Below are positions 1-12,217 of a stretch of 64,000 nucleotides of DNA, in pieces. The first letter of the stretch is position 1; every line of letters begins with the position of its first letter. This DNA comes from Oikopleura dioica (taxonomy: Eukaryota; Animalia; Chordata): positions 8,060,001-8,124,000 of the forward strand of contig OU015567.1 in the NCBI GenBank assembly GCA_907165135.1, written 5' to 3'. The notes beneath the pieces were generated by a model that saw only the letters and a program-made list of their open reading frames with translations, had not been told where the DNA came from and ran no database searches. The position numbers and the translations under genes were made by a program.

Positions 1-3000
1 CCATCGTAAAATCAGCACCGGCTTGTTTGGAATTATACTCCGTATCAGCAAGAATATTTCTGTTCGCTCTGGAAACTGAGCCGCTTCGTGAACCAGGTCT
101 AGAGCCAGCCCTTGACGCACAGCGTGATTCAGATCGCTCCTGATATGCATCCATTTCCTTCACAAGCTTCTTTCGGGCCTTTTGGGCGGCTTTCTTGCGC
201 TCAGCACCTGTCATTCGCTTCTTTGCTCTGCCAACAGTAGATAGACCAGTGATCGCGGAATGAAGAGTTCCAATAGTTAGAGAAGATTCTGGCCTTTCTG
301 AGGCACCACAAGAGATGCAGCTATAGCAATACAAATAGAGCAAGGGCAATAAGAAAATGGCTCACACGATGTTTCTGTTTTGTTGCTGTTTTTAGTACAC
401 ACACAGTTTTTTTTTGTATTAGACAGGTTTAGCTTAAACACTCGGATGGAAGGATGGCAGTGAGATTGTTTGAAGAAGTTGAATGGTTATGAATTAAAAA
501 ACGCTTTTTTTGGTATATAATCTTTTATAAATGAAAACTGTTCTGCAAACTTCGATATCTCGGGCGACTGTTACGATACCTTTGATCGTCGCGATCAAGT
601 CTGGAAATTGAACCACCGAGGCGGGATACAGGAGGTAAAGCGGAAGAATAAAGCCTGAAAAGTCATCAGTACTGGAAAGTTTTCATTTTAATTTACGTCA
701 TATTATCGGGATCGTCGTCAGACGAAACATCAGACAAGTCGACATCTGAATCTTCAAGAGCCTCGAATGCCTGCTGTAGATCTATAATAATGAGTAGTTG
801 AAACATTCGGAAATTTAACAAATGTTCAAAATTATGTAGAAGTACCTGATATTCTTTTGAACGCGAGTTTGAGGTCTTGCTGGAGAGCTTCGTTGGTCGA
901 ACTGAGGCGGGTAATCTCGAGCTCAAGCTCTTCAACCTTGGACTTGGATTCGTGATACTTGCGCTCGGCAATAGTAAGATCCTCGCGAGCTTCCTGCAAA
1001 GCTTTCTTTGATTTTCTCGACGCATCCTAAAATTATTATAGCCTCAAAGTTCGCTTCAAAATAAGTCACCTTCTCACGATCCTTGTCGGAGAGATCTTGC
1101 GTTCTCTGATTTTGATATTTTTCAGCGTTGTCCTTCAGCCTATTGATCTGCGTTTCAAGCCTCTTGGTGGTGGATTTTTCAAATTCAAGTTTGGTTTCTG
1201 CTTCTCTAGCTCTTGCCTCAGCTCTGAGAACATGAGATTTGTCGACATAGTTGGTCTCGTATTGTTGATTCGACATTTGAAGGTTTCTAACACGCTCTTC
1301 AAGAAGATATTTTTCTGATTTGAGCGCTTCGAATTCCGTGTTGACACCGACGAGTTCAGACTGAGATCTGTTGTAGTTATCGACCGCGGATTTGTACTTT
1401 TGCATCGTTTCTTCGAGATCTTCTTCTTGCTCTTCTATTCGATTGCAGAGGTCATTTCTAAAGACAAAACATCCGCAAGTTGTCTTAGACAGTGGCTTAA
1501 ATTTACGGAAAGAAGAGTATAATCCTCTACAAATATTCATCGCTTTTTCAAAATATTTTTGTTGTCAAAAAATAAACCGCAAAGCTCTACTTTATATATA
1601 AAATATCTAGATCTTACCGTTCTCTATGTGAGTCCGCAAGCTGTCTTTCAACTTCCTGCTTTGCCCTGGTGAGTTCCTCAATCTGGCTCACAAGATCCTC
1701 ATTTTCAAACTCGATCGATTTCTTGCTCTTCGACACCTTGTTCTGATTCATCGAGGCCTCTTCAAGTTGAGTCTGAAGTTGCTTGAGCTGTGCTCGTGAA
1801 ACAGAGTCGTTTCGTAGAACTTCAATTTGGAGCTGGGCATCCTTCAGAAGGGCACGGTATCGCTATAAAGATGATGCCAATTTTTATGAAATCCCGAATT
1901 TTTCTCGCACTTGACGGAAAATATAAATTGCTCACCTGGATATCTCGACGAAGTTTCCTCTCGCTCTCCTCGTTTTTGGCGGGAACGGTAGTGCGCAATT
2001 CCTAGGCAATAGAAGTATGAAAAATGAAAAAACTACATGAACTAACATTAAGCTTGAGTTCAGCTTCCTTCCGCTGTTTATGAGCGCTTTGACGCTCGGA
2101 CTCTTCCTCTTCAAGCTGTATCTCGAGTTGTTTAATTCTCTTTTGGAAACCCGCTCGTTGGTCGTCTAAAGATGAATATACGAGATTTGCAGCATACGTA
2201 ATTCAATGCTCTAATCTTCCTCTACAGACTATAGATTCGTGGTTTTTACAAATCCTGTGTCTATCCAACTAGGACAAAAACTGTATTCTATGTCTTACTA
2301 TTGCTAAAAGTTAAGACCCAAAAATTTTACCAATTTCTTGATCCTTAGCTTCAAGCTGACGCTGATATTGCTGTCGATCGCGCTCATTTTGAACCTGGAA
2401 TCTATCGCGAGCTTGCTCAGTTTGCTGATTTTCAGCGAGGAGCTCATCGAATTCCTCCTGTAATTCTTGGAAATTTTGCTCCAATTCGCGTTTGCTACGT
2501 TTGAGCTGGTTTACCATTTCTCCGTCGTCTAAAAAGGCGATTTAATTAAAGGTTAACGTCAAAAAAAATGGAAATATTATATTAAATGGTCGGTCGGAAA
2601 AGGAAATATCTTCGTTTTCAGGTCCCAGATATTCCATGAAAAAAAATGAATGATATACGCCCCAAATCATAAAATTGAGTAAAATTTGAAAAATTACCGT
2701 CATCTCTCGAAATATAATCTTGAATTTCCGCTTCCAATCGTTGGTTCCTCTTTTCCGACAGCTCGAGATCATTGATTTTCTCATCAAGCTCATTTTTCAG
2801 CTTGAAAACTTGCGCCTGAAATTTTAAAAAGTTAGTCGATTTATTTATCTTTTTCTTCCCCACCTGAAGATTCTCCTTCTCTCGCTGGGATTTATCCTTG
2901 TCGATCTTGTGCTGCGCAGTTTCCGCTTGCTGACCGTACATTTCAGAGTCAAACTTGCGCTGCTTCTTTTCGAGCTCATGATTCTTCGCTGAGACTTCCT

Positions 3001-6000
3001 CTAGCTGCAATTTTGTATCGTGAAGCTCGGCAAGTTGTCTGGCTTGCCGCTTCTTGGATTGGGAAAGATCTTGATCGCGGTTTTCAAGCTCTTCTTTTAG
3101 CTCGTTCAGTTGTTTTTCAGTGTTGCGCTTCTCAGTTCGCATTACTTCGAGCTTTTCTTCAAGGTCGCCTTCGAGCTTTTTCTTTTCGAATTCGACTTCT
3201 CTGATTTGATGTTCCAGGCGAATACGAACTATATTTATATTTTAGAAAATGATGAGCAAATGACTAGAAACCTTCTTCAACAGTCTCGTCGCCATCGCCG
3301 GAATCATCAACAACGGTTTTGTTCATTTGCTCAACTGTGTGATTGTGGCGTTGGCGCAGTTCGGCTAGCTCGATGTCGATTTCTTCAAACCTCTGAAAAG
3401 GCGGTTTATCTTTCTGGTTTCGTAAAAAGGAAACTCGAAATTCCGAATTATTGCCAAGTCAAATACTATCAGAACAATAATATTTGCTTGACAGATATTA
3501 ACACTCAATGAAGTCAATCTCTTAAGGATATAAGCTATGAATTTGAACTTTCGTAGCGCCTAAATGCGAAGTAGGATCATTTTCACTTCAAAAGTAATCC
3601 TACCTAAAAATTCACGCAAAACTCAAATATGGTACTTTAAAAAAAAATTTTATTGAAAACTTTCCTTTTAGAGCGATTTCAAATCTTACTCTCTCGATTC
3701 CTCGAAATTTTTCCACTAAATCGGTCCAGTTTTTTCGATAAATAACTTCTCTTAACCCTTATCTACAAAATTGACGGATCAGTTTTCCCTAATTCCGACC
3801 GAAACCGATTTTAGAGCCATTTCCATGAGGCTTACCAAGCGCGCGAATAGTGTAAAAAGCGGTGCGCTTGGCGCTCGCTCTCTCGACTCCTCTTTTCCGT
3901 GAGAGTGGCGCGGTTGAGCGGAGCGCTTTGATTGGTTGCACGCGAAAAAGCACAAAAAGAAGAAAAACAGGAGCAAAAAAGAGGAAACGCTAGAATAAAA
4001 ATTCGAAAGAGTTTCGAAATAAAAGCCCGTCAATTTTCTAGCTTAACATCATTGAAATAATAGACACGGTTTAGTTTTAGCGATTCAATGGAAAAATTTC
4101 GAGAAATCGAGAGAGTAAGATTTGAAATCGCTCTAAAAGGAAAATTTTCAATAAAATTCTTTATAAAAGTACCATATTTGAGTTTTGCGTGCATTTTTAG
4201 GTAGGATTGCTTTTGAAATGAAAATGATCCTACTACGCATTTAGGCGCTACGAAAGTTCAAATTCATAGCTTATATCCTTAATCCTAGCGGTAGAATATT
4301 GAATTCTACGGAGAAAACGCCTTCAGGTTATTCGCGTATAAAATGATAATTCTTATGCAAAGATCTGGCATGTCTGCTATTGTCTGACTGATTCTATCAA
4401 AAGAAACTAATTTGAGCAAGAATAGCCCTTCCTTTGTCTCGTTTAAAAATATTTTCTCGATAAAATGATAATTTTTCCATGGATAATTTAATTTATGATT
4501 TATCACACCTTTTCGCTGTCGTCTGCGCGTGATTTCAAGTCACGATTTTCAAGCTGGACTTGTCGTCGTTCTGCGATCTCGATTTCAAGCTGCTCGTTTG
4601 TCTCGGCGTTGGCGTTTTGCTCTTCGATTAGGTCGTGTGTGAGCTCTTCTACCTAAAACAAAACATTCTAGTTTTCTTGGCAATTATCTTCTTTCATATT
4701 TTTCAATAGGTTTGGCACGGATTGTTAAAAAGACAAAGGGGGGAGTACAAAAAGTCCTCCTTGATTTCACACTACGGAGCTTAGATACAGTTTTCTCGAT
4801 TATTTATCAAGCTCCAAGTTTAGAAAACAACAATCACCGAACCGGTGCCCTCCGGCACCACCTGTTAAATGTCGGATCAGAAGAAGCTCAACAAATTATT
4901 TGTCGATGCTCCGAAAAGTCACACTTGGTCGGCGCAATCCAAAAATAATTATTTTGTGAATCATAAAAAGAGGAAGTCTTTTCTTGATAGTGATTGATTA
5001 TAGCTTTTTTAATCTCAAGCGTTAAATAATAATTTTACGGCTGAAGGTCATCATTTAAGCCGATCCCTGGTAGCTCTCTAGTTAAACATTCCCTGTAAAA
5101 ATATCCTCGGGGAAAGAGAGGCTTTTAAAATTTTAAGGAGGTTTTAAACTGGACTCTCAAAAGTTACCTTGGAATTCAGTTTGTCCGCCCGTTCTTTGTT
5201 CCTAGCATTCTCTTCCTCCAGTAGCTCGAATTTGAGCTTTAATTTTTCCAGCTCTGTGGTTTTCTCGTGAAGCTCCACATCCGCTCTGTGAGTTTCAATA
5301 AGGGGGATGATGTTGGTATAGAGTTTCCACCAAGGCCACGATTTTCTTTCCATATAACTTCGGATATTCCTCTGAATCGTTCTAGCAGCGACCTCTCCGA
5401 CTTTTCGCTTTTCAAACTTCTTCCTTTGAAGATGACCTTTGCAGCGAGCTTGGAAACTCGAGAGAAGAATATTCAGTTTCTTATTTCGCCTTGTCTCTAA
5501 TTTCGCAATGATGCCAGTTCTGAAGAAGATCTTCGATCGACCGATCTTATATTGAGTTCGCTCTAGCTCATGTGCATCGCAATGCAGCTTAACAATATCG
5601 GGCGTTTTGTGGTAATCGTTGGGATAGACCTTCACCAAGCAGCCAAATTGTCTGATAAATTCGTCAAAGTTGAGTGAGTCTGGGAATCCCTGTTTGATGA
5701 AGCGGCCGGATTCAACGAGGCGCAGACCTCTAATCTGCATTCTCAGGAATGGCATGTCTGTGAGTGCCGATTGCTCCGCTTGGATCGTTGGAGACAAGGC
5801 ATTGACAAAATGCACTTCGCATCGTCGAAGCTTATCAACGATCAAATCCACGGAGACCTTTGCTTGGAGGGTTGGACTCTTTCGTTTCGTTGCTGGAAGA
5901 CTTGAGACATTTCTTCTTCCAGAAGTGGTTGATCTTCTGATTGTACCTACACGGACAAAATCTCCTCCTAGGTCGTTTGAGCGTTTGGCGAGACTTTGTA

Positions 6001-9000
6001 TTATGACCTTCTTCGATTCGGACAAGAAGTTGGCTGTGCAGGTAAACTGAGGGGGGAGCTTCTCTTGAGCCCATGAGCCAAGAAGCTGATTCATATTCAG
6101 CCTCGAACTGACCATGTTGATGTCGGATCTTAAATCCGCTCCTAGATTCTGTCGCTGGTAGGACGAGTGGATCCCTGCCGATGCCGTATTGAGTCAAAAC
6201 CTTGCCCGTGAATGTTTCAGCAGACGAGTTAGGATACAGCGCTTCCTCCTCAAGCATCCACAAAATACCTTTGGCATCATCCTCATTGTAAGCCGCACGA
6301 TTTTGTCGGTCCACCAGGTCCACAGATGCTGACAAGTCCACATCTGGCACGGGTAAATCAAGTTCCAGCCCTTCTTGCTCATACCGTTTTTGGACATCTT
6401 GAAACAGTTTTTCGTCATGAACTTGCATTAATCTGTCGTTAGTGTAGTTGAAGAGCAAGGATGAAAGAGATTGATGTTTACCAAGCTGATAACCTGGAAT
6501 ATCAACAACCGTGATCGTATGAACTCCACTTTCTCGTCCTTTGAAGGCAGCATTCACAATAGAGTAAATAATCTGGTACACTTCACAGTACAATCCTTGT
6601 GCAAAAGCATCGATAGCAGCTTGCCCAAGATTAGTGTTCTTCGCTGGTCGTCCAGGAACAGTCTGTTCGAAAATATATTTTTGAAGACTCTCCTGTGGAA
6701 TTCCGAGGACAGCAGCTGCTCGTTGAGCTGATTCAGGATCGGAGTATTGGAATCGCTTTCCGTCTGGGGTCTTTTCGGAACCTGCACATCCCAAATGAAG
6801 AATCGCTGCCAAAAGACACATAATATATCTAATTTGATTAGCTTCGGCGTCGAGTGCTTTTAATGCCAGATTGAATTTTTCTAATCGACGAACCCAATAG
6901 CTTGGCTCGTTCTGAGACTTGGTAGGAGGGAGGTATCTGTTGTCAGTCTTCGTCCTGTCGTTCATGAATAAGTCTTTCCTCAGCTCAGCTTTTGCCCCCT
7001 CCGCGAGGATATGAAGAGCGAGGAAGTTAGATTGATCTTGTGAGCTTGATGTTATGTGCTCCTTGTCTAGCAGAGCACTCTGGACATCAATGGAAACAAG
7101 AGACCCTGACTTATCGTAGTCAAGATGAAACAGCTTCACATCTTTTGAACTTGCACGACCCTGGGGTGATTCGACGCAACTGACGGATTCAAGCGCCATC
7201 CATGCAGCATTAACCACATCTTTTTTGATGCTAGTATTCGATACTGTTAGGAGGTAGTTTAGTGTGTGTTCGACCATGATACTCTTTCCAGCACCAGAAA
7301 TGCCAATAGGACAAATGGCTTGATTCTGGTTTGCCTTAAGCATGCGACGATAGGCGGATTGTGCCGTCGCATAAATGTGGGGCGGCAGCTCTTCTCGACG
7401 GCAGCCACGGAACATGGAAATAACTTTGTCCGAGTATGCAGCTAGCGAATGACGAGGATTGATTGTGATCAACTGATTCCCGCAGAAAGTATGAATAAGT
7501 TTCCCTCCCAGACGCTGCCTCAGCGTGTGCAACGACGATGACTCGTTTAGGAAAGTCAAATGGGTGATATCTTCACATCTGTCTTTTTTAGAGATGAGAT
7601 TGAAATTTCGAACGTTAATAAGGAAGAACGTGTACCAATTTGAAACGATACCGATGGAATTGAAATTCAAATAAGCACAAATACGCAGCACCATGATAAA
7701 CAATCGTTTCTAATATGATAAATAAGCGTAAGCTTTTCTCGAAAAATGTAGATTCATACCATAAACGCGAATGTACAACACATCCGAATTCGGTAGATTG
7801 TAATAATGATTCCAGTAAAGATGGAATTTGAACCATCTCTTTGTAAAACTGATATTAAATATATACCCAGTAAATCACTAGTCATCTCCTTTCTTGGTCA
7901 GGGTGATTTGCTGGCTCAGTAGCTGCCTCATCAACAATAAGAACAGACCCGTCCTGCTCAAGTCTGACTTTAGTTTTGCCGTCCATCAAATGACCGGACG
8001 GCGCTTCTTTTGGTAGAATTCTGCAGGACGCGATGCCTGCTCGATGAATAAGCCACAATTTTTCGCCCTTTTCCCACAGCTCATCCGGCAAATCATCGTC
8101 AACGCGGAGCTAAAAATTTTTTTAAGAATTTTTTCTACTAAAATTTAAATCTATTCATGTTAGGCAAATGCTCTTTGTCTGGTAGAAGAAAAGGGGGTGA
8201 TAATTGCTTTGTCGGGAAAATGGCTCATCAAATGGCGCTCGATGACGCTGCGCTCTTTCAAGTCCCCAACGGCCAAACTTTCAACTTCAGTTAAAATTTT
8301 TCTCGATTGATTTTCAAACTCAACACAAAAAAAATCAACCTGCTCTAATTCTTCCGCGGCGTCAACAATTTCGTACGATGACGAGTCCGATGAGTCGATG
8401 CCATTTTGAAGCTTGACGAGAGTCCACTCTTCTTCTTCTTCTTGAACTTGATCCTGTGTTATTGTAAGATTCTCTCTCAAAGGTCTTCTCAAGCTGTTGG
8501 TTTTGTCGAATGGAACTCGAAGATCTGCGGGCTGAGGAAGCTTAGACAGATCAACAGACTTTCTCGCGCTTGTCTTGGTTATATCCATTCCGGACATAGA
8601 ACTCGTCCTTCTGCCGGAAGTCGTGTATTTTTTCTTTACTTTCGGAGGGCCAGAAGATTTGCCCAACACATGTGCAGACTCAGGCGAGTTATTAGGCGAT
8701 GGGGTAATCTTCTCTTCGGAAATATCGTTCACCCAGTTTTGTATTCTGTCCATCTTCGATGACGGATTTCTTCCTTGGGCTTCCTCTTTCGCGGATGTTG
8801 TTTTTGCTTCGAACATTGCCAGTGCTTTATTTGTTCCTAGTTTCTTCGGGCCTGCCTTTGGAGTCTTTGGGGATGTTTCTGGGGTTTTTATTTTTGAAAG
8901 AAATTCCATTTTATCTTTATACAGGGCTTTATACAGAGACATCAACGGGTGCCAAATTTTTTTTAGAAAAATCACCTTTTACGTAAATCATTTTCATCAA

Positions 9001-11125
9001 AATTGAAAATTTGAAATTCAAATTAAGAGATTACGAAATTCAAAAATTTTAAATTCGCTTTTTCTCAAAAATCTAATCAAAATGATAATTTTATTATTAT
9101 GAATTTGTGGAAAAGCCCATGCCTAGGTTGCTTATTTTACCATCAATATCTCCGTTGAGCTTGGCCTGGGCCTCTTCGATTTTTTTGATAGCAGTTGGTT
9201 TTTTCTTCTTCATAGGACCAAAAGGGGTTTCACGCCCGGCATCCGATTTATTATCGTCCAAGGGTGCTTTCGAGCGGCCGCCGATAGTCGATGCCTTTTT
9301 ATAGTTTTAGACATACTTTTTAATTCATAAATAAGGGTATACTCGTTGAGAACTATTGATATCAAAATAATCAATATTCAAGTATGAAAAAAGGCTGAAT
9401 TTACCCTTGATACTGGCCGCATTGTCGGGCCCTTTGGAGTATCATTAGCTGCTTTTTGCTCCCAAGCGGCGAATTTTCCTGTCAGCTTCGGCATTCTATT
9501 TTCTTCGATATCTTTCTATCTTCTACAGTACTTCCAATCTCTTTTTTCTTCCTACTCTCTATCTACTCATATTTCTTAATTTTTCTTTGTCTGGTGCGGT
9601 TTGATGTTTTTTGGTCAAGTTGAGGGTGCAAAAGTGATCTGGCACTAGCTGTCAACTGACTGCTAGGCCAATGGAGGGACAGTTTAGGGACCAAAGTGCT
9701 ATTAATACGCACCCGCCCGAGGCAGAGTTAGCACGTTTGCTCCAGCACTACTCACTAATCACTAGCTGCGACTTGCTGTGAGGGCTACAGCGTCATCAAG
9801 AGCCATTTGATAAGACGCAAACTTTGAACTTGGAGCCTTTTCGCCCGCTTTTATTATGTAATCGGAAAACTTCAAGACCTCAAAACTTACAGGTTTGCCT
9901 CGTTCTACCAGCGAGCCGGCAAAAGACAGCTCAGCAATATTTTTCTCCGACAGTAAATGACACTTTTCGATTCCATCCGGCTTACGTACAGCCAGCTCCG
10001 TCAATTCCGGTATAGACTGCACGGTAAGCGTCACGCTATTCCCAGCTGCCTCAAGGTGGATTTATCATTGGTGGAATCATGAGTCTTCCATATTAGCGTA
10101 ATCATTTTATAACTAAGTTGGGGTGAGTGACTCTCCCCTGGAAAAAAACAGCATGATCGACGTCAATGGAATCATGAATCCACTCCTTAATTTTTGCAAC
10201 AGCATCTTCTTGCTGAGCGTGTTCAACATCGACACCGTTGATTTCTAAAAGCCTATCGCCAGGAAGCAGTCCACAACCGCTAGCTCCTGGTTCGGCAAAG
10301 AGGACAGTTCTTCTGGTCTGATCTCGCTCGGAAATCGTACTTCTTCGGAGAGAAAAGCCGAACCCCGTGTCTGGTCGGCGCGTAAGAACTACCTTCCTCC
10401 TCGGGCCCAGGAGTTTTGTCGAGTCTGGCGGCGGGACGGGAATCTCTTTCGGATAAACCTTCTCTTTAACGTAGCAGCGTTGATATGGATCGGGTTGTTC
10501 AGACGGGAATGGGGCTGAATGAAGTGAAGAAATGGATTGTTTCCAGCTCTGATTGCTGTTGCCCGGCCGGATGCCGCTGGCTAACGACCACGTATCTGGA
10601 ACAGGCTGTCTTTGGTATGATGAAGGAACATTGCTGTAGTGGCCGATGGAGTCCTTGCGTTGAGGAAGAAGGTGGGAAGGAGTAGAATGAGCATGATTGG
10701 ACGCATGCGAGGCGGAACGGGTAGGTCTGACAAATTGAGCTTGCTGATCGCCCATTGAACTTCGGGAAGATGTACTAATCTTAATTGTCAGAAAAAATAG
10801 CAAAGTCTGCGAAATGGTACCTTTCATTATGCTTATTTGTATGAACGACGGAATTATCGTGGGATAGGTTTGATCCCGAACTGTGAATAGAAGCGCGGTC
10901 CTCTGGTCCAGCGACCGCCTGGGCAACGTGTTGAAAGGCAAAAGGGGTTGAGATCTCGATCTTGGACTTTTTGGATTCTTTTCGACCAAAGACCTTGTTT
11001 CGGAAAGAAGACGGCGTTTGAGCATGCGAGAGGCCATGAGCTTGAGCGAGCTCGGAGAGCCGTTTTTGCTCGTCTTGGCTGTAAACGACCGAGTCTTTTT
11101 TCTTCGACTTCTTTTTTGAAAACAT
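1..11125 (-). CDS. MYO18A: Unconventional myosin XVIII (MYO18A-like): PDZ N-terminus, pseudo-motor domain, IQ, long coiled-coil tail; multi-exon, 3' end runs off the window
   Basis: PDZ in ORF 10102-11037 (RKVVLTRRPDTGFGFSLRR...GLLPGDRLLEINGVDVE). Motor in 5835-7703 and 5144-6115 (CEDITHLTFLNESSSLHTLRQR, P-loop GISGAGKS, switch II DIPGYQ, LYPNSSAETF, GLRLVESGRFIKQGFP, KIGRSKIFFRTG, WPWWKLY). Coiled-coil exons span 700-4630. ATG at 11125 (MFSKKKSKKK). One +1 frameshift at the G6 run 6051-6056. Confidence 0.93.
3526..4278. mobile_element. Non-autonomous TIR element (MITE), Kolobok-type termini, in a MYO18 intron
   Basis: About 200-bp imperfect inverted repeats (3526-3722 vs 4081-4278) beginning GGATATAAGCTATGAATTTGAAC and ending GTTCAAATTCATAGCTTATATCC. 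TTAA on both sides (3522-3525, 4279-4282). No transposase ORF. Confidence 0.85.
8340..9494 (-). CDS. MYO18A: Alternative PDZ-less N-terminal exons of MYO18, nested in the intron between the PDZ exons and the motor exons
   Basis: ATG at 9494 (MPKLTGKFAAWEQKAAND), exon about 9320-9134 (YKKASTIGGRSKAPLDD...), large low-complexity exon inside ORF 8160-8975. The phase-0 donor CAG|gt at 8339 and the PDZ-form donor GCT|gt at 9788 both fit the phase-0 acceptor at 8110-8112 (LRVDDDLPDELWEK). Confidence 0.65.
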
Positions 11126-11144
11126 TTTCAAAGAATTTTCTCTC

Positions 11145-12217
11145 TCATTCTAAAATTCGAATAGAAGTAAAAGCAAAAAACCGACTTTCAATAAACAGAT
11201 GGACAGACATTCTTTTTCTATTTCTTTCTGAGCTGTACAAAATTGTACTTTTTCGCTAGCTTCGCATTTTTAATTTCTGGCTTCTTTTCGCGGCTTTCTT
11301 CTTTTCTCATGAGCTCGTTTTTGGCGTTTTGGAGCTTTTCAAGTCGTTTCATTCGGTCGAGCAGTTCTCGCTGGGTCTTCAGCCGTTCTATTTTTACTTG
11401 CTCGTAGTCTTCCTTTTTGTATTGCGGGAGATCCTGAAAAGCTGATTTAGCGATGGCTTTCTTTCAGTTTAGTACCTCTAGTTGTTTCTTGGTAAGTCGA
11501 TTATGTGTCCTGCCCAGCATCTCCTCCGTGGTTTCGAGTTGTTCGGCAAGTTCGATGCCCTCTTCATCTTCGTCTTGGAAAATAATGTGCTGGTTGACTG
11601 GCTTGCTCGTCTGCGCAAATAGAAAATAAAAATTGAAATTTGACGGCAAATATACCTCAAAAATGTGCACACTTTTCCGTAATCGCTCGATTTTACGGCT
11701 CTCCATGACGATGCGCTTCTCCAGCCATTTCAAGTCCTTTGTTTCGATCAGCGCGATCTCCTCTAAACTCCAAGCTCAAACACACAAGAACTCAATAAAA
11801 AAGCAAACATCTTTTTTGTTACAGTAACAATGCTAAAACTGTACGTACCTTTTGTGAGCCCTTCTTTGAGCGCTGTATGTTCTCCTTCGACCAGTTTGGC
11901 GCTGCACATTCCAAAGTAGAACTCATCTGGATTCTTGAATTCCGCTTTCTGTCTCAACTGAAGCAGCTTGGCCTGCTTGTTCTTGAAATTTGTCGCCCGG
12001 GCTTTGTAGTCTTGCTTCTTCTCGAGAAATCCAAGTTTCTGGCGGAATTCTGACCACAGTGTTCATAAAAACCAGCCTCTTTATGGCCAAAACTGACCAA
12101 AATTTTTGGTCCAAAAAGTCAAATAAAAATGAACTAAAATGAACACTTTCCTGGCTGGGAACGCTCGCGATGAGGTTTTGCCATTGACTTTTGGTATTTT
12201 TTGAATGCGGATGCCAT
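11145..12217 (-). CDS. UTP11: U3 snoRNP-associated protein 11, multi-exon; C-terminal end uncertain
   Basis: [22 protein letters not shown] | [18 protein letters not shown]...[17 protein letters not shown], plus KPVNQHIIF...LGRTHNRL. First intron has a GA donor (CCAG|gaaagt). Confidence 0.9.
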
